Shown here in pieces: positions 17,081 through 27,854 of a stretch of 32,000 nucleotides of DNA. This DNA is from Candidatus Electrothrix sp. GW3-4 (lineage in GTDB: Bacteria > Desulfobacterota > Desulfobulbia > Desulfobulbales > Desulfobulbaceae). Position numbers and translations under genes: made by a program. Each line of letters begins with the position of its first letter. Within the stretch, counting starts at the first letter, position 1. The notes beneath the pieces are model-generated. The model did not search any database. It worked only from the letters and a program-made list of their open reading frames with translations, and had not been told where the DNA came from. Location of the stretch: NCBI RefSeq assembly GCF_037902255.1, contig NZ_CP147990.1, forward strand, positions 4,320,001 to 4,352,000, written 5' to 3'.

Positions 17081-17621
17081 ATCGGTTTCTTTTTAAAAAT
17101 CGGCCCACTTGACGGTCCGAAATTCCAGAGGTTATCCCACGCTTATTGCATTCATCCGCCAATTCCCTACTGCTCCATTGAGAAATTGGACGACCGCTTT
17201 CTTCGGGATGCTCCAGTGCAACTGCTAAAATCTGACAATATTGTTCTGAAGAATAAGTTACTGGTGCTCCCGGACGCGGATTATCTTTTAAAACTTCTCG
17301 AATACTTTTTTCCAACTGATTGGCATTTTGGGGATCAGTCTCTATTTGCATTAAAGTATCTTGGTTGGCCAGCCACTTGTATCTCCAATGTTTAACCTTG
17401 TCGATACTGCAACTCATGACTTTTGCAATCTTTGAGTTCGGTTTTCCTTTCTCAATCTCCAATATTAAAGAAGCCCGACTTACCTCACGAAAATCAGCTG
17501 TTGATTGTCGAGCTATTTTTGACAAAATTTCTTTCTGTTGTTCGGAAACAGCAATTGATGGCGATTTGGGTGTAGGCATTTTCGAATCCATGTGTTGCAA
17601 GATTGTTGTCAATATACGCAA
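17064..17621 (-). CDS. IS630-family transposase, N-terminal HTH part (orfA)
   Basis: 185 aa with helix-turn-helix-like segments (SKIAKVMSCSIDKVKHWRYKW; RELADECNKRGITSGISDRQVGRFLK). The ORF ends inside the tta-aaa-aga A-run region. Confidence 0.8.
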   Translation of the reverse strand: MRILTTILQHMDSKMPTPKSPSIAVSEQQKEILSKIARQSTADFREVSRASLILEIEKGKPNSKIAKVMSCSIDKVKHWRYKWLANQDTLMQIETDPQNANQLEKSIREVLKDNPRPGAPVTYSSEQYCQILAVALEHPEESGRPISQWSSRELADECNKRGITSGISDRQVGRFLKRNRCETSS

Positions 17622-18049
17622 TCAAAAAGGATTCATGATACAATATTATTGTGCAAAAAAGCAGTGTTTAATTTACGCTGAGCTGTACTAGTGGTGGGTG
17701 TCACAGATTAGAGATTGAGTAAAGTGGACCCCATTGTCAAGACTATGCAGCACCCGAAGGGCTTGGCCTTGAGAGAATCGTGACGCATTGCTACAGGGGC
17801 TCACCAGCCAGCGGCAACTCCCGTTCCTCATAGTACACCTCAGCTGGACATCTGCCGCCTAAGCTACCTTGGCCTTCAGTTTACTGCTGTACTTTTTTCT
17901 TTTCATAGGTTCTCCCGTTGAAACACAGTGCAGAGGAGCGTTGGTAGCCGAAACAGGCCCGGGAGGAGTCGGCGGACTCCGGCCTCAAAGAAAAACAAGC
18001 AGTTGGCTCCGAAATCCAGAGCTAATATGGGTTAACCATGCTAGCATGA

Positions 18050-20187
<2,138 letters not shown>

Positions 20188-20195
<8 letters not shown>

Positions 20196-20535
20196 AAAAT
20201 CAGACAGCAAGCGTGCGCAAGAGGAGACAGTGTTTAGTCGGGAAGTTGGCACAAAGGCGGCACGCAAGCTCAAGGCGCAGCGTAACGCCACGCCGGGTGT
20301 CTGGTTTGGCCTGGGCATGATGGGACTGGTCGGCTGGTCGGTGGCGGTGCCGACGCTGCTCGGTGCAGCGCTTGGTCTCTGGTTGGATAACCAGCATCCG
20401 GGCCAGTATTCCTGGACACTGGCACTGTTAATGGCCGGACTTGTGATCGGCTGTTTCAATGCCTGGATTTGGATTGCCAAAGAAGACCGGGCCATGCGAG
20501 AGGAACAGGAGGATAAGGAGGATAATGATGACTGA
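20188..20535 (+). CDS. atpQ: N-ATPase accessory membrane protein AtpQ (ATPase_gene1 / AtpZ-AtpI-like)
   Basis: 115 aa with two TM segments (VWFGLGMMGLVGWSVAVPTLLGAALGLWLD; WTLALLMAGLVIGCFNAWIW). The ATG overlaps the atpC stop. Sits at the third position of the N-ATPase operon. Confidence 0.8.
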
Positions 20536-20890
20536 AACGTTAACCTTGATGCTGACATTGATGCCAGTCTGGGTGACCGGAGGAATGATCGGAGTAATGT
20601 TTTTCGGCGGACTCTGGTGGACAGTGCAAAAGGCGCTTTCATCCACACGACCGGCACTGTGGTTTTTCAGCAGCTGGCTGCTGCGGATGAGCCTTGCCCT
20701 GACCGGATTTCACCTTGTTGCGGGCGGCCATTGGCAACGGCTACTGATCTGTCTTCTGGGCTTTGTCATGGCACGCCCGGTCGTGACACGGCTGACCCAA
20801 TACAGCGTCCCTCCGAAACCCTGTATGGCGAGTCTCGGAGAGACTCGCGTACCTGATGCGGAGACACAGGAGGTCAAGGATGCGCCTTAG
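20525..20890 (+). CDS. atpR: N-ATPase accessory membrane protein AtpR
   Basis: ORF 20459..20890. I prefer the ATG at 20525 (MMTETLTLML...), which overlaps the atpQ stop. Hydrophobic protein with a membrane-embedded Arg (SWLLRMSLALTGF). Sits at the fourth position of the operon. Confidence 0.75.
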   Translation: MMTETLTLMLTLMPVWVTGGMIGVMFFGGLWWTVQKALSSTRPALWFFSSWLLRMSLALTGFHLVAGGHWQRLLICLLGFVMARPVVTRLTQYSVPPKPCMASLGETRVPDAETQEVKDAP

Positions 20891-21581
20891 CCCCGATGAA
20901 ATCATCTTCTGGCAACTGGGTTTTTTCAAACTCAACGCCACCATTGTCTTTACCTGGGGACTGATGCTCGTGCTGGCCGTCGGCGCCAGACTCATCACGC
21001 GCAAACTGTCCACCGATCTGGAACGTTCCCGCTGGCAGAACCTGCTGGAAATCGTGGTGACCGGCATTGAGCAACAAATCAAAGAGGTGGGCCTGACGCA
21101 GCCTCGGCAATATCTCGGCTTTTTGGGCACGCTTTTCCTGTTTGTCGCCGCAGCCAGCCTTGGCACCGTCATTCCGGGCTTTGAGCCGCCCACCGGTTCG
21201 CTCTCGACCACGACGGCACTTGCGCTGTGTGTGTTTGTGGCTGTGCCGCTGTTCGGCATTGCCGAGCAGGGGGTGAGCGGTTTCCTCTCATCCTATGTGC
21301 AGCCGACGTTCATCATGCTGCCCTTTAACATCATCAGCGAAATTTCACGGACACTGGCCCTGGCCGTCCGTTTGTTCGGCAACATGATGAGCGGGGCCAT
21401 GATTATCGCTATTCTGCTGACCATCACGCCGTTCCTCTTTCCCATTGTCATGACGCTGCTCGGCCTGCTCACCGGCATGGTGCAGGCCTACATTTTTAGC
21501 ATCCTGGCCGCAGTCTATATCGCGGCCGCCGCCCAAGTCCATAAGTCCAAACTTCAACCGCAGCAAACCGTTGCAGCATGA
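20880..21581 (+). CDS. atpB: N-type ATPase subunit a
   Basis: ORF 20856..21581. I prefer the ATG at 20880 (AGGAGG at 20868-20873). Contains the conserved stator Arg region LALAVRLFGNMMSG. Confidence 0.9.
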   Translation: MRLSPDEIIFWQLGFFKLNATIVFTWGLMLVLAVGARLITRKLSTDLERSRWQNLLEIVVTGIEQQIKEVGLTQPRQYLGFLGTLFLFVAAASLGTVIPGFEPPTGSLSTTTALALCVFVAVPLFGIAEQGVSGFLSSYVQPTFIMLPFNIISEISRTLALAVRLFGNMMSGAMIIAILLTITPFLFPIVMTLLGLLTGMVQAYIFSILAAVYIAAAAQVHKSKLQPQQTVAA

Positions 21582-21605
21582 ACGACAACAAACAAAGGAG
21601 ATACC

Positions 21606-21890
21606 ATGTACAGCAGCATGACTATTATCGCGGTGGCATCCATTGTCATCGCTGGCATTACCACCGGTTTCGGCTGTTTGGGGCCAGCACTAGCCGAAGG
21701 CAGGGCGGTCGCGACAGCCCTGAGTTCGCTGGCCCAGCAGCCCGATGCCTCCGCCACGATCACTCGGACCCTGTTTGTCGGTCTGGCAATGATCGAATCC
21801 ACGGCCATTTACTGCTTTGTGGTCTCGATGATTCTGATCTTCGCCAATCCGTTCTGGAATTACGTTATCGCCCAAGCTGCGGGACAGTAG
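21606..21890 (+). CDS. atpE: N-type ATPase c subunit (proteolipid) with a full Na+-type ligand set
   Basis: 94-aa helical hairpin with loop motif AQQPD. Helix 2 carries IESTAIY (E64, S65, T66, Y69). Helix 1 has E31 at the position of Q32 in the Ilyobacter tartaricus c subunit. Confidence 0.92.
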   Translation: MYSSMTIIAVASIVIAGITTGFGCLGPALAEGRAVATALSSLAQQPDASATITRTLFVGLAMIESTAIYCFVVSMILIFANPFWNYVIAQAAGQ

Positions 21891-21894
21891 ACCT

Positions 21895-22677
21895 ATGTTA
21901 ATCGATTGGTTCACCGTCGGTGCGCAGGCACTCAACTTTCTCATCCTGGTGTGGTTGATGCAGCGATTTCTGTACAAGCCCATTCTGCACGCCATTGACG
22001 CGCGGGAAGAGCGGATCGCCACGGAACTTGCGAACGCCGACGCGAAAAAGGCCGAGGCCCGACAGGAGCGCGACGAGTTCCGGGACAAGAATGAGGAAAT
22101 GGACCGACAGCGTGCCTCGCTGTTGAGCAAAGCAACAGAAGAGGCGCAGGCCGAACGAGAACGGCTCCTCGACGAAGCACGGCAGGCTGCGGCGGCCTTG
22201 CGTTTAACACAGCAGGAAGCCTTGAGAAACGAACAACAGAACCTGCACCAGGCACTCATCCGCCGGACACAGCAGGAAGTTTTTGCCATCGCACGTCAGA
22301 CGCTGACCGATCTCGCCGGGACGAGTTTGGAAGAACGTCTGGGCGAGGTGTTCACGCGCCGCTTACGCGAAATGGACGACCAGGCGAAAGCAGATCTCGC
22401 CGAGGCCCTGGAGACAACAGGGAAGCCCGCGCTCGTGCGCAGCGCAGGTGATCTGCCTGTCGAGCAGCGCGCAGCGATACAAAAGGCGCTCAACGAAACC
22501 TTCTCGGCCGACATCCACCTTCGCTTCCAGACCACGCCGGACCTGATCAGCGGTATTGAACTCACCGCAAATGGACAAAAGGTGGCCTGGAGCATTGCGG
22601 ATTATCTGGCATCGCTGGAAAAAGGTGTCGATGAACTTCTGAAAAAAAAGATAAACTATAAAGAGGGTCTAACATGA
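21895..22677 (+). CDS. atpF: N-type ATPase subunit b (long form with delta/OSCP-like C-terminal part)
   Basis: 260 aa. N-terminal TM segment, a long charged helix ([27 protein letters not shown]...), and a C-terminal [20 protein letters not shown] resembling the delta C-terminus. No separate atpH gene is present, as expected for N-ATPases. Confidence 0.88.
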   Translation: MLIDWFTVGAQALNFLILVWLMQRFLYKPILHAIDAREERIATELANADAKKAEARQERDEFRDKNEEMDRQRASLLSKATEEAQAERERLLDEARQAAAALRLTQQEALRNEQQNLHQALIRRTQQEVFAIARQTLTDLAGTSLEERLGEVFTRRLREMDDQAKADLAEALETTGKPALVRSAGDLPVEQRAAIQKALNETFSADIHLRFQTTPDLISGIELTANGQKVAWSIADYLASLEKGVDELLKKKINYKEGLT

Positions 22678-22853
22678 AAGAAGGCACAATGGATTTTTGG
22701 CGTATCATCCTGTCTGTCATCATTCCGCCGGTAGGGGTCTTTTTACAGGTCGGTTTCGGTCTCCATTTCTGGATCAATATCCTCCTGACCTTATTGGGCT
22801 ATATTCCGGGGCTGATTCATGCGATCTGGATTATTACAAGAAAAACAAACTGA
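22674..22853 (+). CDS. Pmp3/YqaE (UPF0057) family small hydrophobic protein, not in the ORF track
   Basis: My own translation: [59 protein letters not shown] (59 aa). It closely matches E. coli YqaE as I recall it (...ILPPLGV...[18 protein letters not shown]). The ATG overlaps the atpF TGA (ATGA). Its stop lies 2 nt before the atpA ATG. Confidence 0.88.
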   Translation: MKEGTMDFWRIILSVIIPPVGVFLQVGFGLHFWINILLTLLGYIPGLIHAIWIITRKTN

Positions 22854-22855
22854 GG

Positions 22856-24436
22856 ATGAAGGAACCGATAAGTAGGGAAGCTGAGGGCCTCAAGAACGTT
22901 TTCGACAGCGCGTTTGCCGGAATAAGCCAGGTGCGGAAATCGTTCAAGCCGCAACTTATGCCCCGTGAGGTGGGCACAATCACCGGTATCGCCACCGGCA
23001 TCGCCAAGGTCTCCGGGCTGCCCGGCGTGGGCTTTGAGGAACTTGTGCAATTTCAAGGTGATGTACTCGGTATCGCGTTCAACGTGGATGCAGACGAAAT
23101 CGGCGTTGTCCTGCTCGGCGAATACTGGCGCCTCCACACGGGAGATGAAGTCCAACGCACGGGCCGGGTCATGGACGTGGCCGTGGGCGAAGGATTGCTG
23201 GGGCGCGTCATTGACCCGCTTGGTCGGCCGCTTGATGGCAATGGGCCGATGGCCGCAAGCGAGCGTCTGCCCATTGAACGCCCTGCCCCGCCCATCATGG
23301 ACCGCGCGCCCGTCACCGTGCCGCTCCAATCCGGTCTCAAAGTCATTGATGCGCTCATTCCCATCGGGCGCGGCCAACGCGAGTTGATCCTGGGTGACCG
23401 GCAGACGGGCAAGACCACCATTGCCATCGACACCATCCTCAACCAGCGCGACCATAATGTGCTGTGCGTGTATTGTGCCATCGGCCAGCGTGCGTCCGCT
23501 GTAGCCAAGGCCGTGGCCACCCTGCGGGAAAAGGGAGCCATGGAGTACACCGTCCTCGTCGTGACCGAGGGCAACGACCCGCCGGGCCTTACCTACATCG
23601 CGCCTTACGCTGCAACCAGTATTGCGGAGCATTTCATGGAAGCGGGTCGAGACGTGCTGATCGTGTACGACGATCTCACCCATCACGCCCGCGCCTACCG
23701 CGAACTCTCGCTCCTGCTGCGCCGTCCGCCCGGTCGCGAAGCCTTCCCCGGCGACATCTTTTATATCCACTCGCGGCTGCTGGAACGCGCCACACACCTG
23801 CGCGAGGAACTCGGTGGCGGCTCCCTCACCGCCCTGCCCATCATCGAGACCGAGGCGCAAAACATTTCCGCCTACATTCCGACCAACCTGATTTCCATCA
23901 CGGACGGGCAGATCTACCTCTCGCCGTCCCTGTTTGAATTGGGCGTGCTGCCGGCAGTCGATGTGGGCAAATCCGTTTCGCGCGTCGGCGGCAAGGCGCA
24001 ACGGGCGGCCTTCCGCGCGGTGGCGGGCGACCTCAAGCTCGCTTACGCGCAGTTCGAGGAACTTGAGACCTTTGCCCGCTTTGGTGCCCGCCTAGATCAA
24101 GATACCCGCAAGATTATCGAGCACGGACGGCAAATCCGCGCCTGCCTCAAACAGCCGGAATTTGCCCCGGTGGCCGTGCCCGCACAAATCGCCGTCCTGC
24201 TGGCCTTAACTGTGGAGCTGTTCGATGAGGTGGCGTTGGACCGGATGACGGACGCCGAGCAGGCCGTGCGCCAGGCAGCAGCGGAGATCCCATCGGAGGT
24301 GTGCAAGCGGTTGGAGACCGCCGAACAGTTGAGCGACGAAGATCGTGCAACGATCATTGCAATCGCCCGCAAATCACTGGAAGGGTTCCAGCCTGAGACG
24401 GAATCCGAAGCCCAACCAGAAGTAACTTTATCTTGA
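22856..24436 (+). CDS. atpA: N-type ATPase alpha subunit
   Basis: ORF 22697..24436. The first 53 codons of that ORF overlap the Pmp3 gene in another frame, so I prefer the ATG at 22856 ([16 protein letters not shown]...). The P-loop is GDRQTGKT. Confidence 0.92.
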   Translation: MKEPISREAEGLKNVFDSAFAGISQVRKSFKPQLMPREVGTITGIATGIAKVSGLPGVGFEELVQFQGDVLGIAFNVDADEIGVVLLGEYWRLHTGDEVQRTGRVMDVAVGEGLLGRVIDPLGRPLDGNGPMAASERLPIERPAPPIMDRAPVTVPLQSGLKVIDALIPIGRGQRELILGDRQTGKTTIAIDTILNQRDHNVLCVYCAIGQRASAVAKAVATLREKGAMEYTVLVVTEGNDPPGLTYIAPYAATSIAEHFMEAGRDVLIVYDDLTHHARAYRELSLLLRRPPGREAFPGDIFYIHSRLLERATHLREELGGGSLTALPIIETEAQNISAYIPTNLISITDGQIYLSPSLFELGVLPAVDVGKSVSRVGGKAQRAAFRAVAGDLKLAYAQFEELETFARFGARLDQDTRKIIEHGRQIRACLKQPEFAPVAVPAQIAVLLALTVELFDEVALDRMTDAEQAVRQAAAEIPSEVCKRLETAEQLSDEDRATIIAIARKSLEGFQPETESEAQPEVTLS

Positions 24437-24527
24437 AGATGGCAGAAAAGTTTTCTGAACTTTCAAAAGAGAACAGAAGGGGGAATAAACCATGTTGTTG
24501 AACACAATCAAAGTAGGAGGATACATC

Positions 24528-24890
24528 ATGATTTTGAATGAATTGGCAAATAAAGTGAAAAAATCCAGGATTTCGCGAGCAAAGGATATGCGACGAAACA
24601 GAACTAAAAATATCGCCATAGGGGTCGGCATCGGCTCCGTACTGGGGGTTGCGGCCGGAATCCTGTTCGCCCCTAAATCGGGCAAAGAAACCCGGCAAAT
24701 CATTGCCGATAAAACCAGCGAAACCGTGAAGGATTTTAAAAATAACGTGTCCGCAACCAAAGAAAAAATATCCGTTTCGGCTGCGGAAAAGGGCTCTCGT
24801 TTGCGCGAAGCCGGTCAGGAAGGCGTTGCGGTCGTAAAAGAATCTTTGAGAAAATTAGGTGAAGACAAGAAGAATGAATCCAATACATAA
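24528..24890 (+). CDS. YtxH domain-containing membrane-anchored protein
   Basis: ORF 24492..24890. I prefer the ATG at 24528 (AGGAGG at 24515-24520). Carries the hallmark GIGSVLGVAAGILFAPKSGKETRQII followed by a charged helical tail. Confidence 0.82.
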   Translation: MILNELANKVKKSRISRAKDMRRNRTKNIAIGVGIGSVLGVAAGILFAPKSGKETRQIIADKTSETVKDFKNNVSATKEKISVSAAEKGSRLREAGQEGVAVVKESLRKLGEDKKNESNT

Positions 24891-25052
24891 AGTTTGACAG
24901 CCAGTACCCCACCTTTTGAATAATCGACACTTTCAGCACTGTATCAGTACGGTAAGAATGCCGAAAAATGGGCTTGCAGGTCAACTTCGAGTGTCGATTA
25001 TATTTGGTTAGCTGCTTAATTACTTTTTAAAATGCAAAAAAAGGATGGCCTT

Positions 25053-25445
25053 ATGCAAGGATCAATTACGTTGAATGAATTGGGCATATTCATCATTTTT
25101 GCTTTAATTGTCGTGGCCGGTGGATACGCCATCGTGACGCTGAAAAACATTAATGCTTTGATTAAAGTGGCTTCAGCCACGCTGCAAAAAAACCAAGGCC
25201 ATTTAAATCAAATCATTCCCAATATTAATGAGATTTCAGAAAATACCGCAAAAATCAGCGAAGAGATCAAAAAAAGCGTTGATGAGGCGGGTGAGGCCGT
25301 CAGAACCATTTCTCATGAAACCGCCGATACAGTCTTGACGATCAATGAGACCGCTGATTATCTGGCAAAATATGCCCTGGTGATCGGCGAAATTGCCAAG
25401 ACGATTGTCAATATGTTTTCATCGAATGAGAAAGCTATGAAATAA
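25053..25445 (+). CDS. DUF948-like membrane-anchored coiled-coil protein
   Basis: ORF 25032..25445; the start is at 25032 or 25053. An N-terminal TM segment (LGIFIIFALIVVAGGYAIV) is followed by LKNINALIKVASATLQKNQGHLNQIIPNINEISENTAKISEEI. This architecture matches DUF948 proteins, which I recall pairing with YtxH genes in Firmicutes. Confidence 0.7.
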   Translation: MQGSITLNELGIFIIFALIVVAGGYAIVTLKNINALIKVASATLQKNQGHLNQIIPNINEISENTAKISEEIKKSVDEAGEAVRTISHETADTVLTINETADYLAKYALVIGEIAKTIVNMFSSNEKAMK

Positions 25446-25484
25446 CGCATAAGGCGCTGATACGCCTGAACACGAGGAAACGTC

Positions 25485-26384
25485 ATGAGCGAGACTACGG
25501 CGAGTCTGCGCCGAAAGATCAGTAGTGCTGGAGATCTCCAATCCGTCGTGCGCACGATGAAGTCCTTGGCCGCTTCGAGCATCGGACAATACGAGAAATC
25601 GTTGAGCGCGTTGGCCGACTACAATCGCACGGTGGAGCTGGGATTGAGTGTCTGTTTCCGTGGTGCCAGTTCGGCGGCATTTATGGTAACCGGAGAGACA
25701 CAACAAACGGATACGGGTGAGCTGAGCGCGGTCGTGTTCGGGTCCGACCAGGGATTGGTGGGCCAATTTAATGACGTGGTGGCCGATTACGCCATGAAGA
25801 CCCTCGCAACGCTGCCCGGCAGACCTCAGGTATGGGCTGTCGGCGAACGTGTTCATGCACGCTTGACGGACGCAGGCCTGCCTTCGGTCGGCCTCTTCGG
25901 GGTGCCGAATTCCGTCAAGGCCATCACCCCGCTCATCGACCGAATACTGGTGGAAAGCGAGGCAGGTCGCAGCTCGAACGAGGGTGTTGCACCGCTTTAC
26001 CTTTTCTACAACCGCCCAGGATCAGGCCCGGTTTATGCGCCGGTCAGTCAACGACTGCTGCCTTTGGATGAAAACTGGCGGCTCAAGCTCGCCGAGCTTC
26101 CCTGGCCGACGGGAAACTTGCCCGAAATCATGGGTGACAGCGGCACGACTCTGCGTGCACTCATCCGCGAATATCTTTTCGTTTCGCTCTTCCGGGCCTG
26201 CGCCGAATCCCTTGCAAGCGAGAACGCGAGCCGTCTGGCCGCCATGCAGCGTGCTGACAAAAATATCGACGAATTGCTGGAAGACCTCAATAGAACGTTC
26301 CATAGTTTGCGCCAGAGCGGCATCGACGAGGAATTGTTCGACGTCATCTCGGGCTTTGAATCGCTGAGTGTCGAGGAGCAATGA
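25485..26384 (+). CDS. atpG: N-type ATPase gamma subunit
   Basis: 299 aa. The N-terminal LRRKISSAGDLQSVVRTMKSLAASS and C-terminal ENASRLAAMQRADKNIDELLEDL...IDEELFDVISG helices are typical of gamma. Last gene of the atpDCQRBEFAG order. Confidence 0.9.
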   Translation: MSETTASLRRKISSAGDLQSVVRTMKSLAASSIGQYEKSLSALADYNRTVELGLSVCFRGASSAAFMVTGETQQTDTGELSAVVFGSDQGLVGQFNDVVADYAMKTLATLPGRPQVWAVGERVHARLTDAGLPSVGLFGVPNSVKAITPLIDRILVESEAGRSSNEGVAPLYLFYNRPGSGPVYAPVSQRLLPLDENWRLKLAELPWPTGNLPEIMGDSGTTLRALIREYLFVSLFRACAESLASENASRLAAMQRADKNIDELLEDLNRTFHSLRQSGIDEELFDVISGFESLSVEEQ

Positions 26385-26480
26385 TGGGGCGGGTATTGCC
26401 GTTATTAAAAGCTGTTCGGTGTATCAGTGGATCCGTGGAGGTTATGCACTTCTTATGCAAATTCAGAAAGGAGATAAAAA

Positions 26481-27224
26481 ATGTTACGCAGTGTAAAAGA
26501 AATTCACAATTATGTTCTACAGGCAGAAGATGGGGAGATCGGCCGTTGCAAAGATTTATTATTTGATGACCGTTTTTGGGCCGTTCGGTACATGGTGGCG
26601 GACACAGGCAAATGGTTGCCGGGACGAGAAGTACTTTTATCCCCCATTTCACTTGGCGAACCCAACTGGAGTTCCAGATTTTTTCCAGTCCGGTTAACGA
26701 AAAAACAGATAGAAAAAGCACCGGGACTTGATGAGGACGCACCGGTCAGCAGACAGCATGAAATCCTTTGGACCCAATATTACGGCTGGCCTTATTACTG
26801 GGGCGGCCCTTATGCATGGGGAGCCGCAGCTTACCCGGGAGCGTTGTATGATGAAAAATTACCGGAAAATAAGACAACTGAAGTGGATTCAGGAGATGAT
26901 CATCTCCGTTCTGTTCATGAAGTAACGGGTTACCACATTCAAGCGACAGATGATGAGGTTGGCCATATGGAAGACTTTATCGTAGATGATGAGACTTGGA
27001 TTATCCGGTATCTGGTAGTGGACACCCGCAATTGGTTGCCGGGGAAGAAGGTGCTGGTGCCGCCGACCTGGATAGGTTCGGTAGACTGGGCGGATAATAA
27101 GGTGAGTGTTGCTCTGACCAGAGAGCAGGTCAAGGACAGCCCGGAATATGATCCTTCGACTGTGGTGAACCGTGAGTATGAAGTACGGTTATACGATTTC
27201 TACGGTCGTCCGAAGTACTGGTAA
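26481..27224 (+). CDS. Tandem PRC-barrel domain protein
   Basis: Two internal copies of the PRC-barrel pattern. Copy 1: IHNYVLQAEDGEIGRCKDLLFDDRFWAVRYMVADTGKWLPGREVLLSP. Copy 2: VTGYHIQATDDEVGHMEDFIVDDETWIIRYLVVDTRNWLPGKKVLVPP. Confidence 0.8.
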   Translation: MLRSVKEIHNYVLQAEDGEIGRCKDLLFDDRFWAVRYMVADTGKWLPGREVLLSPISLGEPNWSSRFFPVRLTKKQIEKAPGLDEDAPVSRQHEILWTQYYGWPYYWGGPYAWGAAAYPGALYDEKLPENKTTEVDSGDDHLRSVHEVTGYHIQATDDEVGHMEDFIVDDETWIIRYLVVDTRNWLPGKKVLVPPTWIGSVDWADNKVSVALTREQVKDSPEYDPSTVVNREYEVRLYDFYGRPKYW

Positions 27225-27349
27225 TAACATGAATTCGACCTAATGAATCCAGTAATCATACGTCTTGTAATATTATTTCTCCGACGTGGTTCACGTTTTA
27301 TTCCCCCGGTATCTACTAACTTTAAACAAAACGGTAAAAGGAGCAAACA

Positions 27350-27640
27350 ATGAACGAAAAAGAACTGTATCAGCAGAAAAAACAGGCTCAGCTGGACAAA
27401 TGGAAAGCAGAAGTAGACAAGCTTAAGGCAAAGGCCTCCGGGACCAGCGCCGACGCACAATTGGAGTTAAAGAAGCAGATCAAAGCACTGCAAGGCAAGC
27501 TTGAGGAGGGAAAGACTAGGCTTGCTGAAATCGCGGACGCAAGTGAAAACGCGTGGGAGTCGAGCAAAGAGGGTGTGGAATCCGTATGGGATTCGATGAA
27601 GTCCGCTTTCAGTGACGCAGCCGCTAAGTTCAAGAAATAG
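27350..27640 (+). CDS. Small coiled-coil protein (96 aa), function unknown
   Basis: AAGGAG 6 nt upstream of the ATG. Charged heptad-like sequence (QAQLDKWKAEVDKLKAKA...LELKKQIKALQGKLEEGKTRLAEI) with no TM segment. Confidence 0.65.
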   Translation: MNEKELYQQKKQAQLDKWKAEVDKLKAKASGTSADAQLELKKQIKALQGKLEEGKTRLAEIADASENAWESSKEGVESVWDSMKSAFSDAAAKFKK

Positions 27641-27736
27641 AGTTACTGCCTAATAAGTCCACCGAACGATTGTTTATAAAAGTTTACGAAAGCAATCTGT
27701 AAAAATCGCACTATTATGGCGTTTCTTGGGTATCCG

Positions 27737-27801
27737 GGAATTGCTGGTTTGATGTCATCTCCGGTTTTGAAGCACTAAGTGAAAAGGAAAAATCACCATA
27801 A
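27737..27801 (+). pseudogene. Short diverged remnant of an atpG 3' end
   Basis: 27748-27781 aligns with atpG 26337-26370 with 7 mismatches in 34 nt. Five of them are synonymous third-position changes. The remnant encodes FDVISGFEALS versus FDVISGFESLS and ends at a TAA (27799-27801). Confidence 0.6.
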
Positions 27802-27854
27802 AAAAACATTAGAATCCGACAAATCACTTGCCAAAGAAAAGGGATAAAAGTGTC

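Larger units (their letters stand above)
16303..17688 (-). mobile_element. IS630-family insertion sequence (1386 bp) flanked by a TA target duplication
   Basis: The terminal inverted repeats are GTACAGCGCGGCGCAAATAA (left) and the reverse complement GTACAGCTCAGCGTAAATTAA (right). TA occurs at 16301-16302 and again at 17689-17690. The element is AT-rich relative to its surroundings and encodes HTH and DDE ORFs. Confidence 0.88.

Noticed and set aside
22697-22855. A 53-codon N-terminal extension of the atpA ORF ([16 protein letters not shown]...).
   Set aside because: The same DNA encodes a convincing Pmp3/YqaE protein in another frame. The alpha-subunit homology starts only at the ATG at 22856.
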